Assembly (NCBI RefSeq): GCF_019464535.1
Contig: NZ_CP080507.1
Location: 1,530,001 to 1,562,000 of the forward strand
Direction: 5' to 3'
From: Horticoccus luteus
GTDB taxonomy: Bacteria > Verrucomicrobiota > Verrucomicrobiia > Opitutales > Opitutaceae
Length of the DNA: 32,000 nt
The notes below the pieces were generated by a model. The model was given only the letters and a program-made list of their open reading frames with translations. It made no database searches and was not told the origin of the DNA. Each line of letters starts with the position of its first letter. Positions within the stretch are counted from its first letter, which is position 1. Of this stretch, positions 1 to 8,460 are shown piece by piece. The position numbers and the translations under genes are program-made.

Positions 1-620
1 GTGACCACGAAGGCGGGCCGCTCGGGCGCGATACTGGCATTATCGAGGTCGAGCAGGTAAGTGAAGATGCGATCGAGGCCGAGGTCGCACACGATGACAT
101 GGCGGTTGTCGGGCGAAAGGGTGACCGAATGGGTGTGCGGAGAGGACTGGCGCTCGGGGTTCACGCTGTGGCCGTAGTGCTGCACAATCGTGGGCGTGCC
201 GAGCTGGCCGTCGGAACGGATCGGCAGGACGCCGATAATTCCCTTGTGGTAATTAGCGGTGAGGAGGACGCGGCCTGTTCGGTCCACGACGAGGTGGCAG
301 GGCGCGGGGCCACCCGAGGGTTGCGGCGGCTGGAGTTTTTTGAGCAGGCCCGCGGCGGGATTGACGGCAAACGGCACGGCCATCGCGTCGGATTCGCTGA
401 CGGCGTAGAGAAAATGGCGGTCAGGTGAGAGGGTGACGAAAGAAGGGTTCGTCGTGGCGGCGGCGAGTTTCGGCACGGAAAACGCGCCGGTCGTGGCGTC
501 GAGCCGGGTGGAATAGATCCCAAGCCCGTCGGTACGGGTGTAGGTGCCGATGAAAATCAGGTGGTCAGCAGCGGAGGCGGAGAGCGTCATGAGAAAACAA
601 ACGAGAAGGATGCGGCCCAT
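1..620 (-). CDS. Secreted 7-bladed beta-propeller lactonase (6-phosphogluconolactonase-like), N-terminal part; the gene continues past the window start
   Basis: Absent from the ORF track because it runs off the edge. Hand translation of the minus strand from ATG at 620-618 gives MGRILLVCFLMTLSASAADHLIFIGTYTRTDGLGIYSTRLDATTGAF...HFLYAVSESD...CHLVVDRTGRVLLTANYHKG...HTHSVTLSPDNRHVIVCDLGLDRIFTY. This is a signal peptide followed by blocks typical of the Lactonase beta-propeller family. Confidence 0.7.
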   Translation of the reverse strand, partial: MGRILLVCFLMTLSASAADHLIFIGTYTRTDGLGIYSTRLDATTGAFSVPKLAAATTNPSFVTLSPDRHFLYAVSESDAMAVPFAVNPAAGLLKKLQPPQPSGGPAPCHLVVDRTGRVLLTANYHKGIIGVLPIRSDGQLGTPTIVQHYGHSVNPERQSSPHTHSVTLSPDNRHVIVCDLGLDRIFTYLLDLDNASIAPERPAFVV

Positions 621-754
621 CGTGGAACGATTGAATGCTATGCCGACGACCGCGACCGGAGCCAAGTGTTTCCGGGGCGTCGCAAACGGGCGGGAAACAA
701 ATTTGCCGGCGGAGAAGAGAGAAGGCGCGGCGGGCGGGCGGGCCATGATGGCAG

Positions 755-2089
755 TCAGACGGTGGCCGACGACGAGCCGGGCGCGGAAGGCATCGGGAAG
801 TGGCGCAAAGCGCAAAGGTCGCGCTGCAGTTCGGCGCGGAAGTCGGGGTGGGCGATCGAGATCAACGCCTCTCCGCGTTCGCGGAGCGTTTTGCCGTGCA
901 GGTTGACGGCGCCAAACTCAGTCACGATCCAATGCACATGGCCACGCGTGGTCACCACACCGGCCCCGGCGGCGAGTTGAGTGACGATGCGGGAAATGGT
1001 TCCATTCTTGGCGGTGGAGGGAAGGGCGATGATGGGTTTGCCGCCGGGCGAAAGCGCCGCGCCGCGGATGAAATCCATCTGGCCGCCGATGCCGGAGTAG
1101 ATGCGATGGCCGATGGAATCGGCGCAGACCTGGCCGGTGAGATCGATTTGCAGGGCGGAGTTGATGGCCACCACGCGCGGGTTCTGGCGGATGATCGAAG
1201 TATCGTTCGTCCAATCGCAGGGGTAAAAGGCGACGTGGGGATTATCGTCGATGAAGTCGAACAGGCGCTGGGTGCCGTTGACGAAACTCGTGATGATGCG
1301 CCCGAGGCCGACGACTTTGTAGCGGTTGGTGATCGCGCCGGCTTCGAAAAGATCGACGACGCGGTCGGAAAACATCTCGGAGTGAATGCCGAGGTCGCGC
1401 TTGTGGTGCATGCGGGCAAGGGCGGCGTCGGGAATCCCGCCGATGCCCATTTGCAACGTGGAACCATCGTCGACGAGGCCGGCGATCAATTCGCCGATGC
1501 GCGCATCGATCGGCGTCTCCGGTTCCGGCGCATGCGTGTGAAGCGGGCGATCAGTCGCGATGAAAGCATGCACCCGGCTGAGCGGCACGATGTTGTTGCC
1601 GTGCGTGCGGGGCATGCGCTCGTTGATCTCTGCGATGACGTAACGCGCGGATTCGACAGCGGCTTTGGCGGCATCGCAGGAGGTGCCCAGGGAGCAGAGC
1701 CCGTGGGCATCGGGCGCGGAAAGCTGCACGATCGCCACATCGAGCGGAACGGTGCGGGAGGTGAAGAGGCCAGGAATATCCGACAGGAAAATCGGCACGA
1801 AATCCGCCCGGCCTTCCGCAATCGCGGCGCGGACCGGACCGCCGGAAAAGACCGAGACAGAGCGAAACTCGTTTTCCCGGCCGGGCGCCGCGAAGGGTGC
1901 CGGGCCGGCGGTGTGCAAATGGTAAAGGCGGACGTTTTCGAGGTCGCGCCGGGCGGACAGCGCTTCGACGAGGGGCGTCGGCGTGGCGCAGGCTCCATGC
2001 AGGAAGACGCGGTGAGCGCTTTGCACGACGGCGACGGCATCAGCGGCGGGGACCGCGCGGAGCTTCCAATCAGGAGCGAACGTTTTCAT
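755..2089 (-). CDS. Acetyl-CoA hydrolase/transferase family protein (4-hydroxybutyrate CoA-transferase-like)
   Basis: ORF 755..2377 trimmed to the internal ATG at 2089 (MKTFAPDWKLR...); the upstream 96 codons are R/P/A-rich junk. It contains LQMGIGGIPDA, HSEMFSD and SGIGGQMDF blocks characteristic of family I CoA-transferases of the 4-HB type. Confidence 0.8.
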   Translation of the reverse strand: MKTFAPDWKLRAVPAADAVAVVQSAHRVFLHGACATPTPLVEALSARRDLENVRLYHLHTAGPAPFAAPGRENEFRSVSVFSGGPVRAAIAEGRADFVPIFLSDIPGLFTSRTVPLDVAIVQLSAPDAHGLCSLGTSCDAAKAAVESARYVIAEINERMPRTHGNNIVPLSRVHAFIATDRPLHTHAPEPETPIDARIGELIAGLVDDGSTLQMGIGGIPDAALARMHHKRDLGIHSEMFSDRVVDLFEAGAITNRYKVVGLGRIITSFVNGTQRLFDFIDDNPHVAFYPCDWTNDTSIIRQNPRVVAINSALQIDLTGQVCADSIGHRIYSGIGGQMDFIRGAALSPGGKPIIALPSTAKNGTISRIVTQLAAGAGVVTTRGHVHWIVTEFGAVNLHGKTLRERGEALISIAHPDFRAELQRDLCALRHFPMPSAPGSSSATV

Positions 2090-2252
2090 GGGGAAAGGGC
2101 GGAGCAGCTCCGCGCCCGGCGAGGACGAGGCGCGGCTGGCGCAAGGGTGGCGATGGTGAGAGCGAACGCAACGCGCCGCATCAGGGCGGGGCGCGAGAAG
2201 AACGGCGGTCGCGTTGGCCCCGCGGGCACGCACTCGCGCGCAGCTCGTGCCG

Positions 2253-2849
2253 TCACGCGTGCGACGGGGCGACGGCCTGCAAGGCTTCCTTGAAGTGGCG
2301 GCGGCACATCGGCACGTAGCGTTCGTTGCCGCCGATTTCCACTTGAGCGCCCTCCCGCATGGCAGCGCCGTCGGCACCCACGCGGAGATTCATGGTCGCC
2401 TTGCGGCCGCAGTGGCAGATCGTCTTCAGCTCGATGAGGTCGTCGGCGAGCGCGAGGAGCGCGGCGCTTCCGGGAAAGAGGTGGCCTTGAAAATCGGTGC
2501 GCAAGCCGTAGCAGAGCACCGGCACGCGCAGCTCGTCGGCGACATCCGTCAACTGGGCGACTTGGGCGGGCGTGAGAAATTGCGCTTCATCGACCAGCAC
2601 GCAGGCAACGGCTGCGGAGGCGTGTTCACGACGCGTCCACGCGAAAAGGTCTTCGGTCGTGGAGATCGCGGTGGCGTCGGCTTCGAGGCCGATGCGGGAT
2701 TTGATGCGGCCGACCCCGGCGCGGGTGTCGAGCGCGGGCGTAAAGAGGAGGGTGCGCATGCCGCGTTCATGGTAGTTGTAGCTCGACTGCAGCAGGACGG
2801 TGCTTTTGCCGGCGTTCATCGCGGAATAGTAAAAATAGAGCTTCGCCAT
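2253..2849 (-). CDS. tdk: Thymidine kinase
   Basis: ORF 2253..3263 trimmed to ATG 2849 ([21 protein letters not shown]...). It has the P-loop [18 protein letters not shown], and zinc-ribbon cysteines CHCGRKAT...PMCRRH. About 198 aa, typical tdk size. Confidence 0.9.
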   Translation of the reverse strand: MAKLYFYYSAMNAGKSTVLLQSSYNYHERGMRTLLFTPALDTRAGVGRIKSRIGLEADATAISTTEDLFAWTRREHASAAVACVLVDEAQFLTPAQVAQLTDVADELRVPVLCYGLRTDFQGHLFPGSAALLALADDLIELKTICHCGRKATMNLRVGADGAAMREGAQVEIGGNERYVPMCRRHFKEALQAVAPSHA

Positions 2850-3006
2850 TGCGGTGCGACGGTGGTGCGGCCGAAGAGTCGCGACAACGGATTTTTCGCG
2901 CGTTAGGCCAAGGTTGATGGGAGGTGAAAGGGGAGCGCGGGCGCTCGGTGGATCGCGGCGGAAAAGGCTTCCTGTAACCGCCAGGGCCGCCAATCTGCGC
3001 GGCGGC

Positions 3007-5370
3007 ATGAACGCCTGGGCCCCGTTGCTGCGCCAGTTTGCTTTCTTGGTTTGCGCGGCCGCAGTGGTTCGCGCGCTGCCGATCTCCACGATGAATCTGA
3101 AACTGATTGCGCCGATCACAACATGGGATGAGGCCGTGCCGCTCGGCAACGGTTTGCTCGGTGGCTTGCTCTGGGGTGAAGGTGGGACGCTGCGCCTCTC
3201 CCTCGATCGCGGCGATTTGTGGGATGAACGCCCGGCGCCGGGCAACGCATTGAGCAAGTTCACTTACGCGCAGATGGCGGCATGGGCGCGGGCCGGTAAA
3301 AATGCCGAGATCAGCGCGGTCGTCGACGAGCAAGCCTACAACATTTTGCACCCGACCAAAATTCCGGCGGGTCGCCTGGAACTCGATCTCGCGCCGGGAC
3401 AGACGGTGCGGGAATTCGAATTGGATCTCGCGAGCGCGACGGGACGCGTGCGGCTCGCGGGGAAGGAGGGCGGCACGATCGAAGTGTTTTTCAATGCGCA
3501 TGAACCGGTCGCGTTGATGCGCATTCCGGGCGCGGCGCCCCGCGTGATGCGGTTGCTCGCACCGGAATCAGTCAAGCAACTCGGTTATCCGGCAGCGGTC
3601 TCGAGTGAGGCAGACGAGGCGAAGTGGTTCACGCAAGGGACGGCGGAAGGTAACACCTCGTGTGTTTACGCGGCTCTGCGGCGCGTGGGCGACGCCACGT
3701 TGCTGGCAACGACCGTGGCTTTTTCGCCGGCCGACGGCGCCGATGTCGTGGCCGCGGCGAAGGCGCGCGTGGACGCCGCGCTGGCGGCGGGCTACGCGGC
3801 GGAGCATGCGCGTCACGCGCAGTGGTGGGGGAAATTTTGGTCGGCGTCGGCCGTCAATCTGCCGGACGAGGAGGTGATGCGGCATTACTATTTGGTGGAG
3901 TATTTTTATGGTGCGGCATCGCGCGATCACGCGCCGCCGATGCCGTTGCAAGGGGTGTGGACGGCGGACGCCGGCGAGTTGCCGCCGTGGAAAGGCGATT
4001 ACCATCACGATCTCAACACCGAGATGACCTACATGGGTTATCAGGCGGCGGGGCATTTCGAGGAAGGGCGCGCGTTTCTCGACTGGATGCACGGTTTGCT
4101 GCCGGCCTTGCGCCGTTTCGCGCACGATTTCTACGGGCAAAAGGGGGCGGCGGTGCCAGCGGTCATGTCGTTGGCCGGCGCGCCGCTCGGTGGGTGGGCG
4201 CAATATAGTTTGTCGCCGGTGCATGGGGCCTGGGCCGGGCATTTGTTCTACCTGCACTGGCGCTACACGGGCGACGAAGCGTATCTGCGTGAAGTGGCGT
4301 ATCCGTGGTGCCGCGAAGTGGGAGAGTGCCTGCGCGGCCTGTTGCACGAAAATGCGGAGGGCGTCCTCGTGCTGCCGGTATCGGCTTCGCCAGAAGCGTT
4401 CAACAACAGCCAGCGCGCCTGGCTGACACCGAATTCCAATTACGACATCATGTGCTTGCGCATGCTCTTTCTGGGGAACGCGGAGATGGCCGCGGAACTG
4501 GGGGATGCGGTGGCGGCGCAGGAGTGGCGCACCGCGAGCGCGAAGCTCGGGCCGTATCACGTCACGAAGGAGAACGTCCTGATGTTGTCGGCCGACGAGG
4601 AGCTGGTCTTCAGTCACCGTCATTTCGCGACGCTGATGGGGATTTATCCGTTCAATCTGATGAACGTGGAGGGCAGTGGTACCGAGCGGGCGGCGATCGC
4701 GGCGACGATTCCAGACATCGATCGGCTCGGAGTCGTGGAATGGTGCGGCTATAGCTACACGTGGATGGCGGCGTTGCGGGCGCGCATCGGGGAGCCTGAG
4801 GCGGCGCTGTGGCACTTGAAGGCCTACCTGCGGGCGTTCATCCTGCGGAATGGATTTCACGCGAACGGCGACCAGACCAAATCCGGGTTTTCGTCGTTCG
4901 ATTATCGGCCGTTTACTTTGGAGGGAAACTTCCTCGCGTGCGCGACGGTGCACGAGATGTTGCTGCAAAGTTGGAACGCGACTCCGGGCACGGGCGCGTG
5001 GGGGCCGCTGCGGATCTTCCCCGCGATGCCGTGGCGCTGGCACGAAGCGAGTTTCACGGACCTCGTCGCGGAAGGCGGTCACCGCGTTTCCGCCCGGCGG
5101 GAGAACAATGCCACGACGTGGTTGCGCATTGTGACCGGTCGCACGGGCGAGCTGACGGTGCGGGATAATTTTGCGGGCCGCATCCCGACGTGGACGAAGA
5201 TCGAACCGGAGCGAAAAGACGGCGCCGATTTCGTGTTCGCCGTGAAGGCAGGCGACGTAATCGAGGCCATACTGTCAAAGCCGGCTGCCATACCCGCCGC
5301 GCCCGTTGACGCGTTTCTCGACGGCGTGGCGCAACCGCCGAAGCACTTTGGTGTGAAGATGGTTTATTGA
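3007..5370 (+). CDS. Glycoside hydrolase, GH95-like (alpha-L-fucosidase/galactosidase-type six-hairpin enzyme), probably secreted
   Basis: ORF 2854..5370 trimmed to ATG 3007 ([23 protein letters not shown], signal-like). The N-terminal [18 protein letters not shown]...[13 protein letters not shown] and the central [33 protein letters not shown] resemble GH95 signature blocks. The family call is from motif memory only. Confidence 0.6.
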   Translation: MNAWAPLLRQFAFLVCAAAVVRALPISTMNLKLIAPITTWDEAVPLGNGLLGGLLWGEGGTLRLSLDRGDLWDERPAPGNALSKFTYAQMAAWARAGKNAEISAVVDEQAYNILHPTKIPAGRLELDLAPGQTVREFELDLASATGRVRLAGKEGGTIEVFFNAHEPVALMRIPGAAPRVMRLLAPESVKQLGYPAAVSSEADEAKWFTQGTAEGNTSCVYAALRRVGDATLLATTVAFSPADGADVVAAAKARVDAALAAGYAAEHARHAQWWGKFWSASAVNLPDEEVMRHYYLVEYFYGAASRDHAPPMPLQGVWTADAGELPPWKGDYHHDLNTEMTYMGYQAAGHFEEGRAFLDWMHGLLPALRRFAHDFYGQKGAAVPAVMSLAGAPLGGWAQYSLSPVHGAWAGHLFYLHWRYTGDEAYLREVAYPWCREVGECLRGLLHENAEGVLVLPVSASPEAFNNSQRAWLTPNSNYDIMCLRMLFLGNAEMAAELGDAVAAQEWRTASAKLGPYHVTKENVLMLSADEELVFSHRHFATLMGIYPFNLMNVEGSGTERAAIAATIPDIDRLGVVEWCGYSYTWMAALRARIGEPEAALWHLKAYLRAFILRNGFHANGDQTKSGFSSFDYRPFTLEGNFLACATVHEMLLQSWNATPGTGAWGPLRIFPAMPWRWHEASFTDLVAEGGHRVSARRENNATTWLRIVTGRTGELTVRDNFAGRIPTWTKIEPERKDGADFVFAVKAGDVIEAILSKPAAIPAAPVDAFLDGVAQPPKHFGVKMVY

Positions 5371-5433
5371 CGCGGGTGGGGAAATCGCGGCGACGCCCGA
5401 TGCGGGCGCGGCGTCTGGCGCACCGAAAACAAG

Positions 5434-5464
5434 AAACGCTATCCGTTTGTGGATAGCGTTTTGC
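5434..5464. terminator. Bidirectional intrinsic terminator between the GH95-like gene and tRNA-Val
   Basis: Perfect inverted repeat AAACGCTATCC (5434-5444) / GGATAGCGTTT (5451-5461) with a 6-nt loop. It is T-rich on the plus strand (GTTTTG) and followed by CTTGTTTTCG on the minus strand. Confidence 0.65.
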
Positions 5465-5469
5465 GCGGA

Positions 5470-5546
5470 TGGTGGACCCTACTGGACTCGAACCAGCGAC
5501 CTTTTCCATGTCAAGGAAACGCTCTAACCAACTGAGCTAAGGGTCC
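5470..5546 (-). tRNA. tRNA-Val (anticodon GAC), with encoded CCA
   Basis: The reverse complement folds by hand into a cloverleaf: acceptor GGACCCT/AGGGTCC, D-arm GCTC-AGTTGGTTA-GAGC, anticodon arm TTTCC-TTGACAT-GGAAA (anticodon GAC), variable AGGTC, T-arm GCTGG-TTCGAGT-CCAGT, then discriminator A and CCA. Confidence 0.93.
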
Positions 5547-5670
5547 AAAAAATCGAGTCGTGAACTAAGCACGACGCGCGGCGGGCTGCGCAAGGAAAAT
5601 GTTCGGCGGCCGACGCTGCACAATCGGCTTTGACGCCAGCGCCGCGCCGCCTCTTCTAGGCGCATCGCCC

Positions 5671-7329
5671 ATGTTGCAGTCGCTCCGCATCCGTAATCTC
5701 GCCCTGTTGGAAGAAGTCGCGCTCGAATTCGAGGCGGGGTTCACGGCCGTGACCGGCGAGACCGGCGCGGGCAAAAGCATCCTCCTCGGGGCGATGAGCC
5801 TGCTCGCCGGAGAACGTGCGGACAAGACGATCATCCGCCAGGGCGCCGCGGCGTGCGAGGTGGAGGCAGCGTTGTTTTTCGAGGATGCGCGCGCGATCAA
5901 CGCGGTGCTGGCGGAACTCGAATTGCCGGCCGCGGAAGACGGCGTGGTGATTTTGAAACGCAGCGTGCCGCGCGAGAAGGCGCCGCGGCTGAGCGTCAAT
6001 GGGAGCCTCGCCACGCTCGCGGCATTGCAACGGCTGGGCGAGCACTGGATCGATTTTCATGGGCCGAGTGAGCCGCGTCGGCTGCTGAAGGAAAGCTGCC
6101 AGCTCGAGCTGCTGGATCTTTTCGGGCGCACCGGCGACGCACTCGCGAGCTATCGCACGCGTTACGAGGCGTGGCGCGCGCTCGTCGCGGATCGGGCGCG
6201 ACTCGCGAACGAGACGAAACTCTCCGACGACCAGATCGATTTTCTCCAACGGCAGTTGGCGAAGATCGATGAGCTCGAATTGACGGACGAAGCGATCGAG
6301 GCGCTCGAACGCGATTTTCACCGACTGAGCCGGGCGCAGGAAATCACGACGTTGGCGGAGGGGTTGTCCGCCGGACTCACCGGCGACGACGGCGTGCAAT
6401 TGCGGGTGGGGCAATTGTTGCGCGAGGCGCGGCAGTTGGAAAATCTCGACCCGGCGAGCCGCGCGCTGGCGGAGCGTCTGTCCGCTGCGGCGGTGGAGTT
6501 GAACGATCTCGGCGCCGAGTTCGCCGGGCTGACGGAGCAGTTGCAGTTCGATGCGGAGCAGGCGGAGCAGTTGCAGTCGCGAATGAACACGTGGCTCGAA
6601 TTGAAGCGCAAACACGGTGGCGACGTGAGCGCCGTGAGCGCGGCGCGCGATGACATGCGGCGGCGGCTGGAATCGCAGGGGGATCTGGAGGGCACGCTGG
6701 CGCGGCTCGAAAAGCAGATGGTCGACGCGGAGCGGGCGGCGCGGAAAGAAGCGTCGGCGTTGCGGGCGATGCGCGAGAAGGCGGCGCGCGAGCTGGCGAA
6801 GCTCGCCGGCAGGAGCATCGCGCAACTTGGCTTTAAGAAGGCGGACTTCCTCGTGAAGATCGGGGCGCAAGGGGAGCTCGGGCCGGCGGGCGACAGCACG
6901 GTGGAGTTTCTCTTTTCGCCGAACGTCGGCGAGGCGCCGCTGCCCTTGAGCCGCATCGCATCGAGTGGCGAGCTCGCGCGGGTGATGCTGGCGTTGAAGA
7001 CGGTGCTGGCGGATCTGGATGGCGTGCCGGTGCTGGTGTTCGACGAAGTCGATGCCAACGTGGGCGGCGAGATTGGACGCGTGGTGGGCGAGCAGATGGC
7101 AGGCATCGCGCGTCATCACCAGGTGTTTTGCGTGACGCATCTGCCGCAAGTCGCGGCGCAGGCGACGAGTCATCTGGTGGTGACGAAGGACCAGTCGAAG
7201 GAGCGGGCGGTGGTGGAGATTGCGCCGATCCAGCAAAGTCGGAAGGCGCGAGTGAGCGAACTCGCGCGGATGCTCGGCGACCGCAATGCGAAGAGCGCGC
7301 TCGCGCACGCGGAGGAGTTGCTCGCCTGA
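5671..7329 (+). CDS. recN: DNA repair protein RecN
   Basis: ORF 5599..7329 trimmed to ATG 5671 (MLQSLRIRNLALLEEVALEF...). It has Walker A GETGAGKS, a long coiled-coil middle, the ABC-signature-like SSGELARVMLALK and Walker B LVFDEVD. About 552 aa. Confidence 0.92.
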   Translation: MLQSLRIRNLALLEEVALEFEAGFTAVTGETGAGKSILLGAMSLLAGERADKTIIRQGAAACEVEAALFFEDARAINAVLAELELPAAEDGVVILKRSVPREKAPRLSVNGSLATLAALQRLGEHWIDFHGPSEPRRLLKESCQLELLDLFGRTGDALASYRTRYEAWRALVADRARLANETKLSDDQIDFLQRQLAKIDELELTDEAIEALERDFHRLSRAQEITTLAEGLSAGLTGDDGVQLRVGQLLREARQLENLDPASRALAERLSAAAVELNDLGAEFAGLTEQLQFDAEQAEQLQSRMNTWLELKRKHGGDVSAVSAARDDMRRRLESQGDLEGTLARLEKQMVDAERAARKEASALRAMREKAARELAKLAGRSIAQLGFKKADFLVKIGAQGELGPAGDSTVEFLFSPNVGEAPLPLSRIASSGELARVMLALKTVLADLDGVPVLVFDEVDANVGGEIGRVVGEQMAGIARHHQVFCVTHLPQVAAQATSHLVVTKDQSKERAVVEIAPIQQSRKARVSELARMLGDRNAKSALAHAEELLA

Positions 7330-7389
7330 GGCGCGGACGCTCCGCCCGCCGGCCGCGAGGCGGAGGAGCGCGTTTCGTCGCGACGGATC

Positions 7390-8172
7390 TCAGGCGCGGC
7401 GGCGGCGGCGCCAAAACGTAGCGCCGAGCACAGCCGCACCAGCGAGCATGGCTGTGGTGGCCGGCTCGGGGATAGCGGTCGTGCGGAGCTGGTAGGCGTT
7501 AATCATCGTGGCGTTGGAACCGGATCCGGTGCCCGTGGCGAAGATATCCTGCGTCGTGCCATCGGCGGTGAACGTGCCCGTGACCCACTGACCCAAGCCA
7601 CCATACCCCGAGCCGGTGTTTTGTTCGAGCGTCGTGCCGTTGGCTGCGCTGAACGTCGTGTCGCGGTTCACGCCATAGCTACGCGGGTCGTTGCTCCAGA
7701 ATTGCACGTAATAAGTCTGGCCAGGCGTGAGGCCGCCGATGGTGACGGCGACCTGTGTGCCACTAAAACTGTCGTTCCACAGCGCGCTGCCGAGGAGCGT
7801 TTGATATTCCGCACTCAACAACGAATAAGGCGAGGAGCCGACGCCGAACGGATCGCCGCTGTAGAGCGTGGCGCCCGAAAACGTGAGGCTGCCTGCACCC
7901 GTGCCGACGGCCCACGTCGTGCTGCCGTAGTTGGGGTTCAGCGCGTTTTCAAATGTGACTCCATTGACGGTGGTGGTGCCGCCATCGACGCCGAGGTTGA
8001 ACGCTGCCACGAGACTACCGGTCGTGAGCACATCGGTGTCACCGGCGAGCGTCGTGGGCGTGTCCCAGATTACCGCGGCGGCGGAGGCTAGGGGCGTCAG
8101 CGGACCGAAGGCGACCAGCGCCGCGAGAACAAGAGACGAGGGAAGGGGAAGGAAGCGGGAACAGTTCGACAT
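7390..8172 (-). CDS. PEP-CTERM sorting-domain secreted protein
   Basis: ORF 7390..8445 trimmed to ATG 8172 (MSNCSRFLPLPSSLVLAALVAFGPLTPLASA, a signal peptide). The body is G/T/S-rich. The C-terminus IPEPATTAMLAGAAVLGATFWRRRRRA is the PEP motif plus TM helix plus Arg cluster. Confidence 0.85.
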   Translation of the reverse strand: MSNCSRFLPLPSSLVLAALVAFGPLTPLASAAAVIWDTPTTLAGDTDVLTTGSLVAAFNLGVDGGTTTVNGVTFENALNPNYGSTTWAVGTGAGSLTFSGATLYSGDPFGVGSSPYSLLSAEYQTLLGSALWNDSFSGTQVAVTIGGLTPGQTYYVQFWSNDPRSYGVNRDTTFSAANGTTLEQNTGSGYGGLGQWVTGTFTADGTTQDIFATGTGSGSNATMINAYQLRTTAIPEPATTAMLAGAAVLGATFWRRRRRA

Positions 8173-8460
8173 AAGAGGGTGGCAGGAACGGGGCTTCGCG
8201 GGACGCGGGCCGGGGAACAGTCGCGAAGAAATTAATGCCCGCCGTGGAATCAAGTTGAAGGAGCTAGTGAGTGCTAGTGGGAAATTTTTAGCACAAAATT
8301 GACAGCTTTCCGGCAAGAGCACCTGGCTTGGCCGCGGCGGACGGAGTCGATGCGGATTTGCTCTGTCGGCCTCCGCATGTTTCACGGCGCGGCCGGCGTT
8401 GGCCCGGTTTTGAAGGATGAAAGCGTTACCCGGTTTGCGAGGCATCGAGGAGCGGCGGGT

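Noticed and set aside
2086-2181. 31-codon upstream ORF (MRRVAFALTIATLAPAA...) whose TGA overlaps the CoA-transferase ATG as ATGA
   Set aside because: It is short, its signal-like text then degenerates into Arg/Pro-rich sequence, and ATGA overlaps arise easily by chance. There is no further support.
800-2293. Long antisense ORFs opposite confidently identified genes. Examples: 800..2293(+), 3568..5082(-), 5656..7308(-), 12106..13491(+), 14528..15763(-), 18062..19327(+), 22362..23564(-), 24588..25886(-, upstream part) and 25556..26869(+)
   Set aside because: Each lies fully inside a gene with strong family motifs on the other strand. Compositions are the G/D/A/V-rich or R/P/H-rich patterns expected from complementary frames of GC3-biased genes. 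There are no recognisable domains. Genuine overlapping genes cannot be excluded without conservation analysis, but nothing supports them.
2090-2377. 5-prime extensions of track ORFs: 755..2377, 2253..3263, 2854..5370, 5599..7329, 7390..8445, 12016..14991, 14147..16876, 20075..21931 and 24911..26299
   Set aside because: The extensions are low-complexity R/P/A/G-rich, overlap neighbouring genes or promoters, and precede internal ATGs. Those internal ATGs give canonical N-termini or signal peptides and family-typical lengths.
5590-5670. Possible SOS (LexA) box upstream of recN: a TGTTC half-site in AAATGTTCGGCGGCCGA
   Set aside because: The Verrucomicrobia-type palindrome I recall (TGTTC-N4-GAACA) needs a matching second half. 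Here the second half is GCCGA, which matches at only 2 of 5 positions, so it is not a credible site by eye.
8180-8200. Sigma-54-like TGGCAG-N5-GGGCTT near the PEP-CTERM gene start
   Set aside because: It is on the wrong strand for any downstream gene, and the -12 element does not match TTGC.
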